From an uncultured Candidatus Rokubacteria bacterium (GTDB taxonomy: Bacteria; Methylomirabilota; Methylomirabilia; Rokubacteriales; CSP1-6), in contig CAWBMV010000001.1 of assembly GCA_963789955.1 (NCBI GenBank), positions 768,001 through 832,000 of the forward strand: a stretch of 64,000 bases of DNA. The letters run 5' to 3'. Each line of letters starts with the position of its first letter. Position 1 is the stretch's first letter. Shown here in pieces: positions 40,514 to 50,420 of this stretch. The position numbers were made by a program, and so were the translations under genes. A model generated the notes under the pieces. That model saw only the letters and a program-made list of their open reading frames with translations. It was not told where the DNA came from and did not search any database.

Positions 40514-41697
40514 TGAACGAGCCGGATCGCTTCCCGCGCGTGTCGACCGCGATTCAATCCGGTCTCGTGACGCCGGGCCCGTCGGCGCCGCACCTCATGA
40601 GGCTGGCGCTGGTGGGTCTGCTCCTGCTGGTGCCGATCTGGGGTCGCGATCACGCGGCGCGCTTGCCGTGGCTCTACCTGGTCATGCTGGCGTTCGCGGT
40701 CGCCTTCTTCGCGACGCCGATGACGCGCATGATCGCGCAGCGGTGGCGCGTGCTCGACATGCCGGCCGCGCGCAAGGTGCACGAGGTCGCGACCCCGCTC
40801 CTGGGCGGCGCCGCGGTCTACTGCGGCTTCGCCGTCACGGTGCTCACGAGCTTCGACTTCTCGCTCCAGCTCAAGGGGGTCGTCGTCGGCGCGACGCTCG
40901 TGGTCGGCATCGGGATCCTGGACGACCTCACCGATCTCCCGGCCTCGCTCAAGCTCGTGGGGCACATCGGCGCCGCGGCGGCCGCGATCGCCTACGGCGT
41001 CGTGCTCAACGTGACGCCGCTCTGGGTGCCCGGGTTCGTGTGGATCAATGTTCTGCTCACGATCCTCTGGTTCGTCACGGTCACCAACGCGGTCCAGTTC
41101 CTCGACGGGATGGACGGCCTGGCCGCGGGCCTCGGCGGGATCGCCGGGATCTTTTTCAGCATCGCGGCGCTGCAGACGGAGCAGCGCTACCTGATGTACC
41201 TGTCGGCCGCGCTGGTCGGAGCTTGTCTAGGGTTTTTACCCTATAACTTCCGTCCGGGACGTGCCCGCATCTTCCTGGGCGACAGCGGCGCGACTTTTAT
41301 CGGGTTCACGCTCGCCGGGCTCGCAGTGATGGGAGAATGGTCTGAGGGGGACCCGATCATCGCGCTGCTGACGCCGTCGTTGATCCTGGGGGTGCCGTTG
41401 TTCGATATCGGATTCGTCGGAGTCGCTCGGATCGTGACGGGCAAGGTGCACTCGCTGCACGAGTGGCTGGCCTACACTGGGCGGGACCACATTCATCACC
41501 GCTTCGAGGCGCTCGGCCTCACGCGCAAGCAGAGCGTGCTGCTGATCTTCTTTCTCGCCTCGACGCTCGGCCTCTCCGCGATCCTCCTGAAGGACGCGAC
41601 CCCGCGCGAGGCGGTGCTCATCCTGGTCCAGGCCGCGTGCGTCCTCGCGATCGTCGCGGTCCTGGAGGGAGTCGGCCGGTGGCGTCCGCGCCCTTGA
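40513..41697 (+). CDS. WecA/MraY-family undecaprenyl-phosphate HexNAc-1-P transferase
   Basis: RKVH..ATPLLGG, GILDD, DGMDGL, IFLGDSG, DHIHHR. Confidence 0.9.
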   Translation: MNEPDRFPRVSTAIQSGLVTPGPSAPHLMRLALVGLLLLVPIWGRDHAARLPWLYLVMLAFAVAFFATPMTRMIAQRWRVLDMPAARKVHEVATPLLGGAAVYCGFAVTVLTSFDFSLQLKGVVVGATLVVGIGILDDLTDLPASLKLVGHIGAAAAAIAYGVVLNVTPLWVPGFVWINVLLTILWFVTVTNAVQFLDGMDGLAAGLGGIAGIFFSIAALQTEQRYLMYLSAALVGACLGFLPYNFRPGRARIFLGDSGATFIGFTLAGLAVMGEWSEGDPIIALLTPSLILGVPLFDIGFVGVARIVTGKVHSLHEWLAYTGRDHIHHRFEALGLTRKQSVLLIFFLASTLGLSAILLKDATPREAVLILVQAACVLAIVAVLEGVGRWRPRP

Positions 41698-42176
41698 ACC
41701 GCCTCCGGGGCGCGATCGTCGCGCGGTTCGGCGCGGTGCTGCGGCTCGACGATCCGCCGTGGCGCGTGGCGCTGGCGCTGGCCGTCGGCGTCTTCATCAG
41801 CTGCACGCCGTTCTACGGTCTCCAGACACTCCTGTCGCTGGCGGTCGCCACGGTCTGCCGCCTGAATCGGGCGGTGACGGTGACGGGAGCCTGGCTCAAC
41901 CTGCCGTGGTTCGCGCCGCTCGTGTACGGCTTCGCGCTGCGGATCGGCGCCCTCGTCCTGCCGGATCTCCACGGGGCCGACGTCGCGGAGATCGCCGAGC
42001 TCTTGCAGTCGTCCTCGGCTCTTTCAGCGGCCGACATGCTCGATCTCTTGCGCAACGTCTCGCTGGCGCTGCTGATCGGCACCGCGGCCGTGGGGACGGT
42101 GGCGGGCGCGTTCACGTACGTCACGGCCTTCGTGCTCTTGCGCCGGCGCCGGACCTCGCGGATGCCGCACGTATAA
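41694..42176 (+). CDS. DUF2062 family membrane protein
   Basis: DDPPWRVALALAVGVFISCTPFYG, WLNLPW. Confidence 0.8.
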   Translation: MNRLRGAIVARFGAVLRLDDPPWRVALALAVGVFISCTPFYGLQTLLSLAVATVCRLNRAVTVTGAWLNLPWFAPLVYGFALRIGALVLPDLHGADVAEIAELLQSSSALSAADMLDLLRNVSLALLIGTAAVGTVAGAFTYVTAFVLLRRRRTSRMPHV

Positions 42177-42183
42177 TGACGCC

Positions 42184-43047
42184 ATGAAGGCGCGCAAGGC
42201 GGTCTTCCCCGCCGCAGGGCTCGGCACCCGGTTCCTCCCCGCGACGAAGGCGCAGCCGAAGGAGATGCTCCCGCTCGTCGACAAGCCGATGATCCAGTAC
42301 GTCGTCGAGGAGGCGGTGGCCTCGGGGCTCTCGGAGATCATCATCGTGACCGGCCGCGGTAAGCGGGCGATCGAGGATCACTTCGATTCAGCCTTCGAGC
42401 TCGAGTACTACCTGAACGACCGCGGCAAGACCGACGAGCTCACCCAGATCAAGACTATCTCGGAGCTCGCGTCGGTCTCGTACGTGCGCCAGCGCGAGCC
42501 GCTCGGGCTCGGCCACGCGATCCTCTGCGCGCGCTCGCTCGTCGGTGACGAGCCCTTCGCCGTGTTCCTGGGCGACGATATCATCGCGGCGCAGGTGCCG
42601 TGCATGCGCCAGCTGCTCGACGTGAGCGCTCGCCAGCAGGCGCCGGTGATCGCGGTCCAGCGCGTGCCGCAGCATCAGATCCATCAGTACGGGGTGATCA
42701 AGGCCCGGCAGGTCGAGAGCCGCGTGTACGAGATCCTCGACCTCGTCGAGAAGCCCAAGGCGAAGGACGCGCCGTCGGATCTGGCCATCATCGGCCGCTA
42801 CGTCCTGCCTCCCGAGATCTTCGAGATCCTCGCCGGCACCAAGCCCGACGCCCGCGGCGAGATCCAGCTGACCGACGCGCTCCGCACCTTGCGCGCGCGC
42901 CGGCCGATGTACGCGGTCGAGTTCGAGGGGCGCCGCTACGACACGGGCGACAAGCTCGGCTTCCTCAAAGCCACCGTCGAATTCGCCCTCGCCCGCCCCG
43001 ACCTCGCCGCCGACTTCCGCACCTACCTAAAATCCCTCAACCTCTAA
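42184..43047 (+). CDS. galU: UTP-glucose-1-phosphate uridylyltransferase
   Basis: KAVFPAAGLGTRFLPATKAQPKEMLP, VEKP, GEIQLTDA. Confidence 0.97.
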   Translation: MKARKAVFPAAGLGTRFLPATKAQPKEMLPLVDKPMIQYVVEEAVASGLSEIIIVTGRGKRAIEDHFDSAFELEYYLNDRGKTDELTQIKTISELASVSYVRQREPLGLGHAILCARSLVGDEPFAVFLGDDIIAAQVPCMRQLLDVSARQQAPVIAVQRVPQHQIHQYGVIKARQVESRVYEILDLVEKPKAKDAPSDLAIIGRYVLPPEIFEILAGTKPDARGEIQLTDALRTLRARRPMYAVEFEGRRYDTGDKLGFLKATVEFALARPDLAADFRTYLKSLNL

Positions 43048-43154
43048 CCCCGCCGGGTGCGGGCCGTCCACCGTTCGAAGCCTCCGATCTCTGCTCATGT
43101 TCGAGGCTTTGCTTCTGCTCTAGGCTCTGACTACCTATGTAAAGACCGCGAACG

Positions 43155-43323
43155 CTCCGGAGGTAGGGGGCGGGGGTGGTGGGAGGGGTCTTGGGACCCG
43201 TTCCCTCCAAGGGCCCATGCGCAAGTCGAGCGCCCAGATGGAGCCCAGCCGCCGCGGGCAGCGCGCAAGCGTGCCGCGTGGTCCCAAGACCCCTCCCACC
43301 ACCCCCGCCCCCTACCTCCGGAG
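43155..43323 (+). repeat. Long inverted-repeat element E2
   Basis: Perfect 44-bp arms at 43155-43198 and 43280-43323. Loop closely similar to E3. Confidence 0.9.
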
Positions 43324-43399
43324 TAGCAAGTTTGACTTGACCTCAAGGTTCTGACACACTTTTCGCCACCTTAGTAGTGACCCGAGGGTCACAGACACT

Positions 43400-44606
43400 A
43401 TGCCGAACGCCCCGAAGCGCCCGTTTCACACCGCTGCCGACGCCGACATCAAGAGCGGCGAAGTCTCCGACGTCTACTTCACGCGCACCGTCCAGATCCT
43501 GACCCATCGGAATGACCGGAAGCGCGTCAAGGCCGAGGTCTACGTGAAGTCCCTTCCCGAGGATTGGCAGTGGGGCATCCTCGCGGGAATCGAGGAGGTT
43601 GCCGCGCTCCTCGAGGGCCAGCCGGTCGACGTCTCCGCGATGGACGAGGGCCTCGTGTTCGAGCCCTACCAGCCCGTCCTCCGCATCGAAGGCACCTACG
43701 TCGAATGGGCGAAGTACGAGACGGCGCTGCTCGGACTGCTGTGCCAGGCCTCGGGCATCGCCACGAAGGCGGCGCGCTGCAAGAAGGCGGCGGGCGAGCG
43801 TCAGGTCATCTCGTTCGGCGCGCGCCGCATGCATCCCACTCTGGCGCCGATGATCGAGCGCAACGCCTTCATCGGCGGGTGCGACGGCGTCGCGGTGACG
43901 AAGTCCGCCGAGCTGATCGACGCCGACCCCATGGGGACGATCCCGCACTCGCTCGTCCTGATGATCGGCGACACGGTGGAGGCGCTTCGGGCCTTCGACA
44001 CGGTCGTCGACCCGAAGGTGCGGCGGGTCGCGCTGATCGACACGCTTGCAGGACGAGAAGTTCGAGGCGATCCGGGTCGCCGAGGCCCTCGGCAAGGACC
44101 TCTACGCGGTCCGCCTGGACACGCCGTCGTCGCGCCGAGGCGACTTCTATCGCATCCTCGAAGAGGTGCGCTGGGAGCTCGACCTGCGCGGCTACAACCA
44201 CGTGAAGATCCTCGCCTCCGGCGGTGTCGACGAGTACGAGATCATGGGCCTCAACCCCGTCGCCGACGGCTACGGTGTCGGGACGTCGATCGCCAACGCG
44301 CCGGTGCTCAACTTCGCCCTCGACATCATGGAGATCGAGGGGAAGCCCATGGCCAAGCGCGGCAAGTGGTCCGGCGCCAAGGAAGTCTACCGACGCCAGG
44401 GCACGCGCGAGACCGTCGTCGTCCCGGCGGGGCAGCGTCCGCCCGACGGCGGCGCCTGGGAGTCCGTGCTCAAGCCGCTCGTCCGCGGCGGACGCATCGT
44501 CCGCGATCTGCCGCCCCCGCGCACGATCCGCGACTTCGTCCTCGAGCAGCTCAGGTCGATCCCGCTCGACACGCTGCGACGGCAGGGGCTCCGGCGCGAT
44601 TTCTAG
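43400..44606 (+). CDS. pncB: Nicotinate phosphoribosyltransferase; frameshift near 44045
   Basis: DVYFTRT, SFGARR, GTIPH, LIDT, VRLDT, ASGG, GVGT. Confidence 0.9.
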
Positions 44607-44615
44607 CGCCGAGCT

Positions 44616-45410
44616 ATGTCGGTCCTCGACGAGATCGTCGCCAACACGCGCGCTGAGGTGGCCCGGCGGAAATCCGCGGTGCCGCGCGCGACGCTCGAGC
44701 GCCACTGCGATGCGGCACCCGCCACGCGCGACTTCGAAGGCGCGCTCCGTCCGTCACCGGGCACGGTGCGACTGATCGCCGAGGTGAAGAAGGCCTCGCC
44801 GTCGCGGGGCGTGCTCTCCAGCGGCCTGGATCCGGTGGCCCTCGCCACGACGTACGCGACGCACGGCGCGCACGCGATCTCGGTCCTCACCGATGAGAAA
44901 TACTTCCGGGGAAGCCTCGACGACCTGCGCCGCGTGCGCGCGGCGGTCGACGTCCCGCTCCTGCGCAAGGACTTCACGATCGACGACTACCAGCTCTGGG
45001 AGTCGCGCGCGGCCGGCGCCGATGCGGTGCTCCTGATCGTCTCGATTCTCGAGCCGGCGCGACTCGCCGAGCTGCTCGCCGCGGCGAAAGGCCTCGGGCT
45101 CGCGGCGCTGGTCGAATGCCACACCGCCGCCGAGCTCGACCAGGCGCTCGCGGTCGGGAGCCGCATCGTCGGGATCAACAACCGCGATCTCGCCACCTTC
45201 GAGACCCACATCACGACGACGCTCGAGCTCCTCCCGCTGATCCCGCCCGGTCCGATCGTGGTCAGCGAGAGCGGCTTCTTCACCGCCGCCGACGTCCGCC
45301 GCGTGGTCTCCGCCGGCGCCCACGCAGTCCTCGTCGGCGAAGGCCTCGTCCGCGCCCCAGACATCCCCGCGAAGCTCCGGGAGCTGACGCTGGTGGACGA
45401 TGCGAGCTGA
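44616..45410 (+). CDS. trpC: Indole-3-glycerol phosphate synthase
   Basis: IAEVKKASPS, LRKDF, GINNRDL, SESG. Confidence 0.96.
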   Translation: MSVLDEIVANTRAEVARRKSAVPRATLERHCDAAPATRDFEGALRPSPGTVRLIAEVKKASPSRGVLSSGLDPVALATTYATHGAHAISVLTDEKYFRGSLDDLRRVRAAVDVPLLRKDFTIDDYQLWESRAAGADAVLLIVSILEPARLAELLAAAKGLGLAALVECHTAAELDQALAVGSRIVGINNRDLATFETHITTTLELLPLIPPGPIVVSESGFFTAADVRRVVSAGAHAVLVGEGLVRAPDIPAKLRELTLVDDAS

Positions 45411-45536
45411 GGCGCAAGCAGTACGCGCTGACCGGGCGCCGCGCCAGCAGGCGCGCACCGCGGCGCAAGCAGTACCCAGTGCGCCGTCGCAACGCGAGCC
45501 GGGGGGGAAATGGGGGGGCGTCCCGCCCCACCCATT
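45411..45536 (+). repeat. trpC-trpF spacer element: 14-bp direct repeat plus hairpin
   Basis: GGCGCAAGCAGTAC at 45411 and 45462; hairpin AATGGGGGGGCG-TCC-CGCCCC(A)CCCATT at 45509-45536. Confidence 0.6.
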
Positions 45537-45541
45537 CAACA

Positions 45542-46194
45542 ATGACCGAGTAAAAATCTGCGGCATCACCAACCTCGAGGACGCGAAGACGGCGGTCGAG
45601 GCCGGCGCCGACGCGCTCGGCTTCATCTTCGTCGAGAACACGCCGCGCTTCGTGACACCCGCGCAGGTGGCCCCGATCGTTCGCGCGCTGCCGCCGTTCG
45701 TGACGACGGTCGGCATCTTCTGGGATCACTCGGCCGGTCATATCAAGTCGATCGTGGATGCGTGCGGCCTCGGCGCCTTGCAGTTCCACGGCGACGAGAA
45801 GCCGGAGGACCTCGAAGGCTACTCGGTGCCGGTGATCAAGACGATCAAGCTCCCGGCGCCGTCGGATGATCTCGGCGGCATGCCGCCGTTCACCCCGAGC
45901 GTGAAGTTCTTGCAGTATCGCAACCACGCGGCCGCCCTCCTGCTCGACAGCGCCGCGCGCTGGAGCGAAGGCGAGGCGCGACAGCCGATCGAGTGGTCGA
46001 TCGCGCGCGACCTGGCGAATGCGCGGTGGCGGATCATCCTGTCGGCCGGCCTCACGCCCGAGAACGTCGCCCGCGCGATCGCGACCGCGCACCCGTACGC
46101 GGTGGACGTGAACTCGGGGGTCGAGGCGCAGCCGGGCCGCAAGGATCCGGACAAGGTGTGGCGGTTCGTGGCCGAGGCCAAGGGCGCCCGATGA
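45542..46194 (+). CDS. trpF: Phosphoribosylanthranilate isomerase (start needs a 1-nt correction, or uses ATG 45400)
   Basis: [30 protein letters not shown]. Confidence 0.93.
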
Positions 46195-47390
46195 AGCGGA
46201 CGCTTCCGGACGCGAGCGGACACTTCGGCCGCTTCGGCGGGCGCTTCGTCCCCGAGACGCTCATGGCGCCGCTGATCGAGCTCGAGCAGGCGTGGGCGTC
46301 GGCGAAGCGCGATCGCAAGTTCCAGCGCCGCCTCGCCGGCCTGCTCCAGGACTATGCCGGGCGGCCGACGCCGCTCTACTTCGCCGAGCGGCTCAGCGAG
46401 CAGTGCGGCGGGGCGCGCATCTACCTCAAGCGCGAGGACCTCTGTCATACCGGCGCTCACAAGATCAACAACGTGCTCGGTCAGGCGCTCCTGGCCGCGC
46501 GGATGAACAAGCGGCGGGTGATCGCCGAGACCGGCGCCGGCCAGCACGGCGTGGCGACCGCGACCGCCGCGGCGCTGCTCGGGCTCGAGTGCGAGGTGTA
46601 CATGGGCGCCGAGGACGTCGAGCGCCAGGCGCTCAACGTGTTCCGCATGCGCCTGCTCGGGGCGCGCGTGATCTCGGTCGAGTCCGGCAGCCGCACCTTG
46701 AAGGACGCGATCAACGAGGCGCTGCGCGACTGGGTCACCAACGTGCGGACGACGTACTACCTGCTCGGCTCGGCGCTCGGCCCGCATCCGTACCCGGTGA
46801 TGGTGCGCGACCTCCACTCGGTGATCGGCCGAGAGGCGCGCCGGCAGGCGCGCGCGCGCTTGAAGAAGCTCCCGGACGTGCTGGTCGCGTGCGTCGGCGG
46901 CGGGTCGAACGCCATCGGGCTCTTTCATCCGTTCATCGACGACCGCAAGGTGCGGATCATCGGTGTCGAGCCGGGCGGGGAAGGGATCTCGACCGGCCGG
47001 CACGGCGCGTCGATGAGCGCCGGCGCCGTCGGCGTGCTCCACGGCTGCATGAGCTATCTGCTCCAGAGCGACGACGGGCAGATCGCGACCGCGCACTCCA
47101 TCTCGGCGGGTCTCGACTATCCCGGGGTCGGACCCGAGCACGCCTACTATCGTGACGCGGGCCGTTTCGAGTTCGTCTCGGTCACCGACGCCGAGGCGCT
47201 CGAGGGATTCGAGTCGCTGACGCGGCTCGAGGGGATCATGCCGGCGCTCGAGTCGGCCCACGCCGTCGCCCACGCGATGAAGCTGGCGAAGACCCTGCCG
47301 CGCACGAAGGCGATCGTGATCGGTCTCTCGGGCCGGGGAGACAAGGACGTTCACGTGGTCGCCAAGGCGCTCGGGAAGCAGATCGGATGA
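46191..47390 (+). CDS. trpB: Tryptophan synthase beta chain
   Basis: [31 protein letters not shown]. Confidence 0.98.
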   Translation: MKRTLPDASGHFGRFGGRFVPETLMAPLIELEQAWASAKRDRKFQRRLAGLLQDYAGRPTPLYFAERLSEQCGGARIYLKREDLCHTGAHKINNVLGQALLAARMNKRRVIAETGAGQHGVATATAAALLGLECEVYMGAEDVERQALNVFRMRLLGARVISVESGSRTLKDAINEALRDWVTNVRTTYYLLGSALGPHPYPVMVRDLHSVIGREARRQARARLKKLPDVLVACVGGGSNAIGLFHPFIDDRKVRIIGVEPGGEGISTGRHGASMSAGAVGVLHGCMSYLLQSDDGQIATAHSISAGLDYPGVGPEHAYYRDAGRFEFVSVTDAEALEGFESLTRLEGIMPALESAHAVAHAMKLAKTLPRTKAIVIGLSGRGDKDVHVVAKALGKQIG

Positions 47391-48217
47391 GCCGCCTCGA
47401 CGAGACCTTCGCCCGGCTCCGCGCCCGCGGCGAGCGCGCGCTCTTGCCCTACTTCACGGCCGGGGACCCGTCGCTCGCCGACACGCGGCGGCTCGTGATC
47501 GAGGCCGCGCGCCGTGGAGCGGACGTCGTCGAGCTCGGGGTGCCGTTCTCGGACCCGCTGGCCGACGGGCCGGTGATCCAGCGCGCCGGTACGCGCGCCC
47601 TCGCCGGCGGCGCGACGGTGGCGCGGGTGCTCGAGACCGTCGCGGGGCTGCGCGCCGAGATCGACGTGCCCATCGTGCTGCTCACGTACTACAACCCCGT
47701 GCTCGCGTTCGGCTTGAAGGCGTTCGCCCGCACGGCCGTCGACGCGGGTGTCGACGGCGCGATCGTCGCGGACATGCCGCCCGAGGAGAGCGATCCGCTC
47801 GGAACCGAGGCGACCGCGGCCGGCCTCGACCTGGTCTACATGGTCGCGCCGACCTCGACCCTGGCGCGCGTGCGCCTGATCGCGCGGAAGAGCCGCGGGT
47901 TCATCTACGTCGTGTCGCTCACCGGCGTGACCGGCGAGCGCCAGCAGCTGCCGGCCGACATGGCGACGCAGATCGCGGCCATCCGCCGCGAGACGGCGAT
48001 GCCGGTGTGCGTCGGCTTCGGGATCAGCACGCCCGCGCAGGTGGCGACGGTGGGGCGCGTCGCCGACGGCGCGGCCGTCGGCTCGGCGATCGTTCGTCTC
48101 GTCGAGTCGCGCGCCGGCTCGCCCACCCTCGTCGAGGACGTGGGCAAGTTCATCGCCGAGCTCAAGGCGCCGCTGCGCGAGCCTCTCCCGACGTCTCCCA
48201 TCCAGGCGAGGAGGTAG
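47387..48217 (+). CDS. trpA: Tryptophan synthase alpha chain
   Basis: [26 protein letters not shown]. Confidence 0.98.
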   Translation: MSRLDETFARLRARGERALLPYFTAGDPSLADTRRLVIEAARRGADVVELGVPFSDPLADGPVIQRAGTRALAGGATVARVLETVAGLRAEIDVPIVLLTYYNPVLAFGLKAFARTAVDAGVDGAIVADMPPEESDPLGTEATAAGLDLVYMVAPTSTLARVRLIARKSRGFIYVVSLTGVTGERQQLPADMATQIAAIRRETAMPVCVGFGISTPAQVATVGRVADGAAVGSAIVRLVESRAGSPTLVEDVGKFIAELKAPLREPLPTSPIQARR

Positions 48218-48223
48218 GTCACG

Positions 48224-49075
48224 GTGGCCTGGTTCAAGCGCAAAGAGGAGTCGAGCGGCAGCAAGGTCATCATCGCCGAAGGCCTGTGGATCAAGTGCGA
48301 CTCGTGCAAGGAGATCATCTACCGGGCCGAGGTGGAGCGCGGCGGGCGCGTGTGCCCGAAGTGCCACTATCCGTTCCGGATCTCCGCCCGCGAGCGGATC
48401 AGCCAGCTGGCCGATGCCGGATCGTTCGAGGAGCGCGAGACCGCGCTGACGACGACCGATCCGCTGAACTTCAAGGACACCAAGAAGTACCGCGAGCGCG
48501 TCCGCGCCGCCGCCCAGAAAACGTCGACCGACGAGGCGGTCGTCTGCGGCATCGCGTCGATCGGCGGTCAGCCGGCCGTGCTCGCCGTGTTCGAGTTCGG
48601 CTTCCTCGGCGGCAGCATGGGCTCGGTCGTCGGCGAGAAGCTCGCCCGCGCGATCGAGCTCGCCATCGACAAGCACCTGCCGGTCCTGATCGTCTCGGCC
48701 TCCGGCGGCGCGCGGATGCAGGAAGGCATCCTCTCGCTGATGCAGATGGCCAAGACGTCGGCCGCGCTCGAGCGGCTGGCCGCGGCGGGGCTGCCGTACA
48801 TCTCGATCCTGACCGATCCGACGACCGGCGGTGTCACCGCGAGCTTCGCGATGCTCGGCGACGTCATCATGGCCGAGCCGCGCGCGCTGATCGGCTTCGC
48901 CGGACCTCGGGTCATCGCCGAGACGATCCGGCAGCCGCTGCCGGAAGGATTTCAGCGCTCGGAGTTCCTGCTGGCGCACGGGCAGCTCGACATGATCGTC
49001 GAGCGCCGCGACCTCAAGGAGACGCTCCGCCGCGTCCTCGCCTTCTTCGCCGCCGAGCCACCCCGATCGGGGTAG
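48224..49075 (+). CDS. accD: Acetyl-CoA carboxylase carboxyltransferase beta subunit
   Basis: Zn finger CDSC...CPKC, GGSMG, SGGARMQEG, GFAGPRVI. Confidence 0.97.
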   Translation: MAWFKRKEESSGSKVIIAEGLWIKCDSCKEIIYRAEVERGGRVCPKCHYPFRISARERISQLADAGSFEERETALTTTDPLNFKDTKKYRERVRAAAQKTSTDEAVVCGIASIGGQPAVLAVFEFGFLGGSMGSVVGEKLARAIELAIDKHLPVLIVSASGGARMQEGILSLMQMAKTSAALERLAAAGLPYISILTDPTTGGVTASFAMLGDVIMAEPRALIGFAGPRVIAETIRQPLPEGFQRSEFLLAHGQLDMIVERRDLKETLRRVLAFFAAEPPRSG

Positions 49076-49082
49076 CCTCTTC

Positions 49083-50400
49083 GTGACGTACGCCGAGGCC
49101 GTCGCCCGGCTGCAGGCACTCCGGGGCGGCGAGCACGCGGGCATGCGCCAGGGCCTCGAGCGGATCGAGGGGCTTCTCGACGCGCTGGGCCGCCCCGAGC
49201 AGCGCTACCGGCTGCGTCCAGGTCGGCGGCACCAACGGCAAAGGCTCCGTGTCGGCGATGCTCGCCGCGATCCTGAAATCCGCCGGGCACCGGGTCGGCC
49301 TCTACACCTCGCCGCATCTGGTGTCGTTCCGCGAGCGCATCCGCGTCGACGGCGAGGCGATCCCGGAAGACGGCGTGGTCGACGGCGTCGAGGCGCTCGG
49401 GACTCTCGTCGCGCGTCTCGACGCGTCGACGTTCGAGGCGACGACGGCGCTCGCGCTCGACCACTTCGCGCGCGAGGCCGTCGACGTCGCCGTCCTCGAG
49501 GTCGGCCTCGGCGGTCGTCTCGATGCGACGACGGTGGGAAATCCTGAGGTCGCCGTGCTCGCGCCGATCGACCTCGACCATCAGGCGGTGCTCGGCAACA
49601 CCATCGAGGCGATCGCGACCGAGAAGGCGGCGATCATCCGCAGCGGCATCGCGATCTCCGCCGCGCAGGCGCCGGCGGCCGCGCGCGTGATCGCGGCGCG
49701 CGCCGGCGCAGTCGGCGTTCCGCTCTTGCTCGAGGGCCGCGACCTGTCGGTCTCCGTGGAAGGTCGCGGGCCCGACGGCCAGCGGCTGACGTGCGCCGGG
49801 CCGGGCTGGTCGCTGACCGGGCTCGAGCTCGCCATGCCCGGGAGCTATCAGCCGTCCAACGCGCTGCTCGCGGTCGCTGCCGCGCGCGAGCTCGGCGCCG
49901 GCGAAGCCGCGATTCGCGACGGGCTGGCGCGCGCATGGTGGCCGGGCCGCTTTCAGGTCGTGCGACGCCGGCAGGGCTTTCTGGTACTGGACGGCGCGCA
50001 CAATCCGGCCGGCGCGCACGCGCTCGCCGTCTCGCTGCGCGACGTCTTCGGCCAGGCGCCGATCACATTCGTCCTGGGCATTCTGGCCGACAAGGACGCC
50101 GCGGGCATCGTCGCCGCGCTCGCGCCGCTCGCGGACCGCTTCATCCTCGTCGCGCCTCCGAGCCCGCGCGCCACCACGCCCGACACGCTCAGAGCCCTCG
50201 TGCCGGCCGCGGTCCGGAACGTCGAGATCGCCGGCTCGCCGGTCGAGGCGCTCGAGCGCGCGGGGCGAGCCGCGACGACTCCGGTGATCTGTGTCGCGGG
50301 CTCGCTGTTCTTGATCGGCGACGTGCTGCGCTATCTGGCCGGGAGCGATAAACCTTGCTCGCTGGAAAAGGGGACTGCTAGCATGAGTCTTCCCTTCTGA
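49083..50400 (+). CDS. folC: Folylpolyglutamate/dihydrofolate synthase; frameshift near 49215
   Basis: GTNGKGS, YTSPHL, EVGLGGRLDAT, DGAHN, GSLF. Confidence 0.95.
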
Positions 50401-50420
50401 CGGGGGCGCTCCCGACTTTC

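Noticed and set aside
45411..45475. Possible mini-CRISPR (repeat, 37 nt, repeat)
   Set aside because: Only two 14-bp repeats, too short, and no cas genes.
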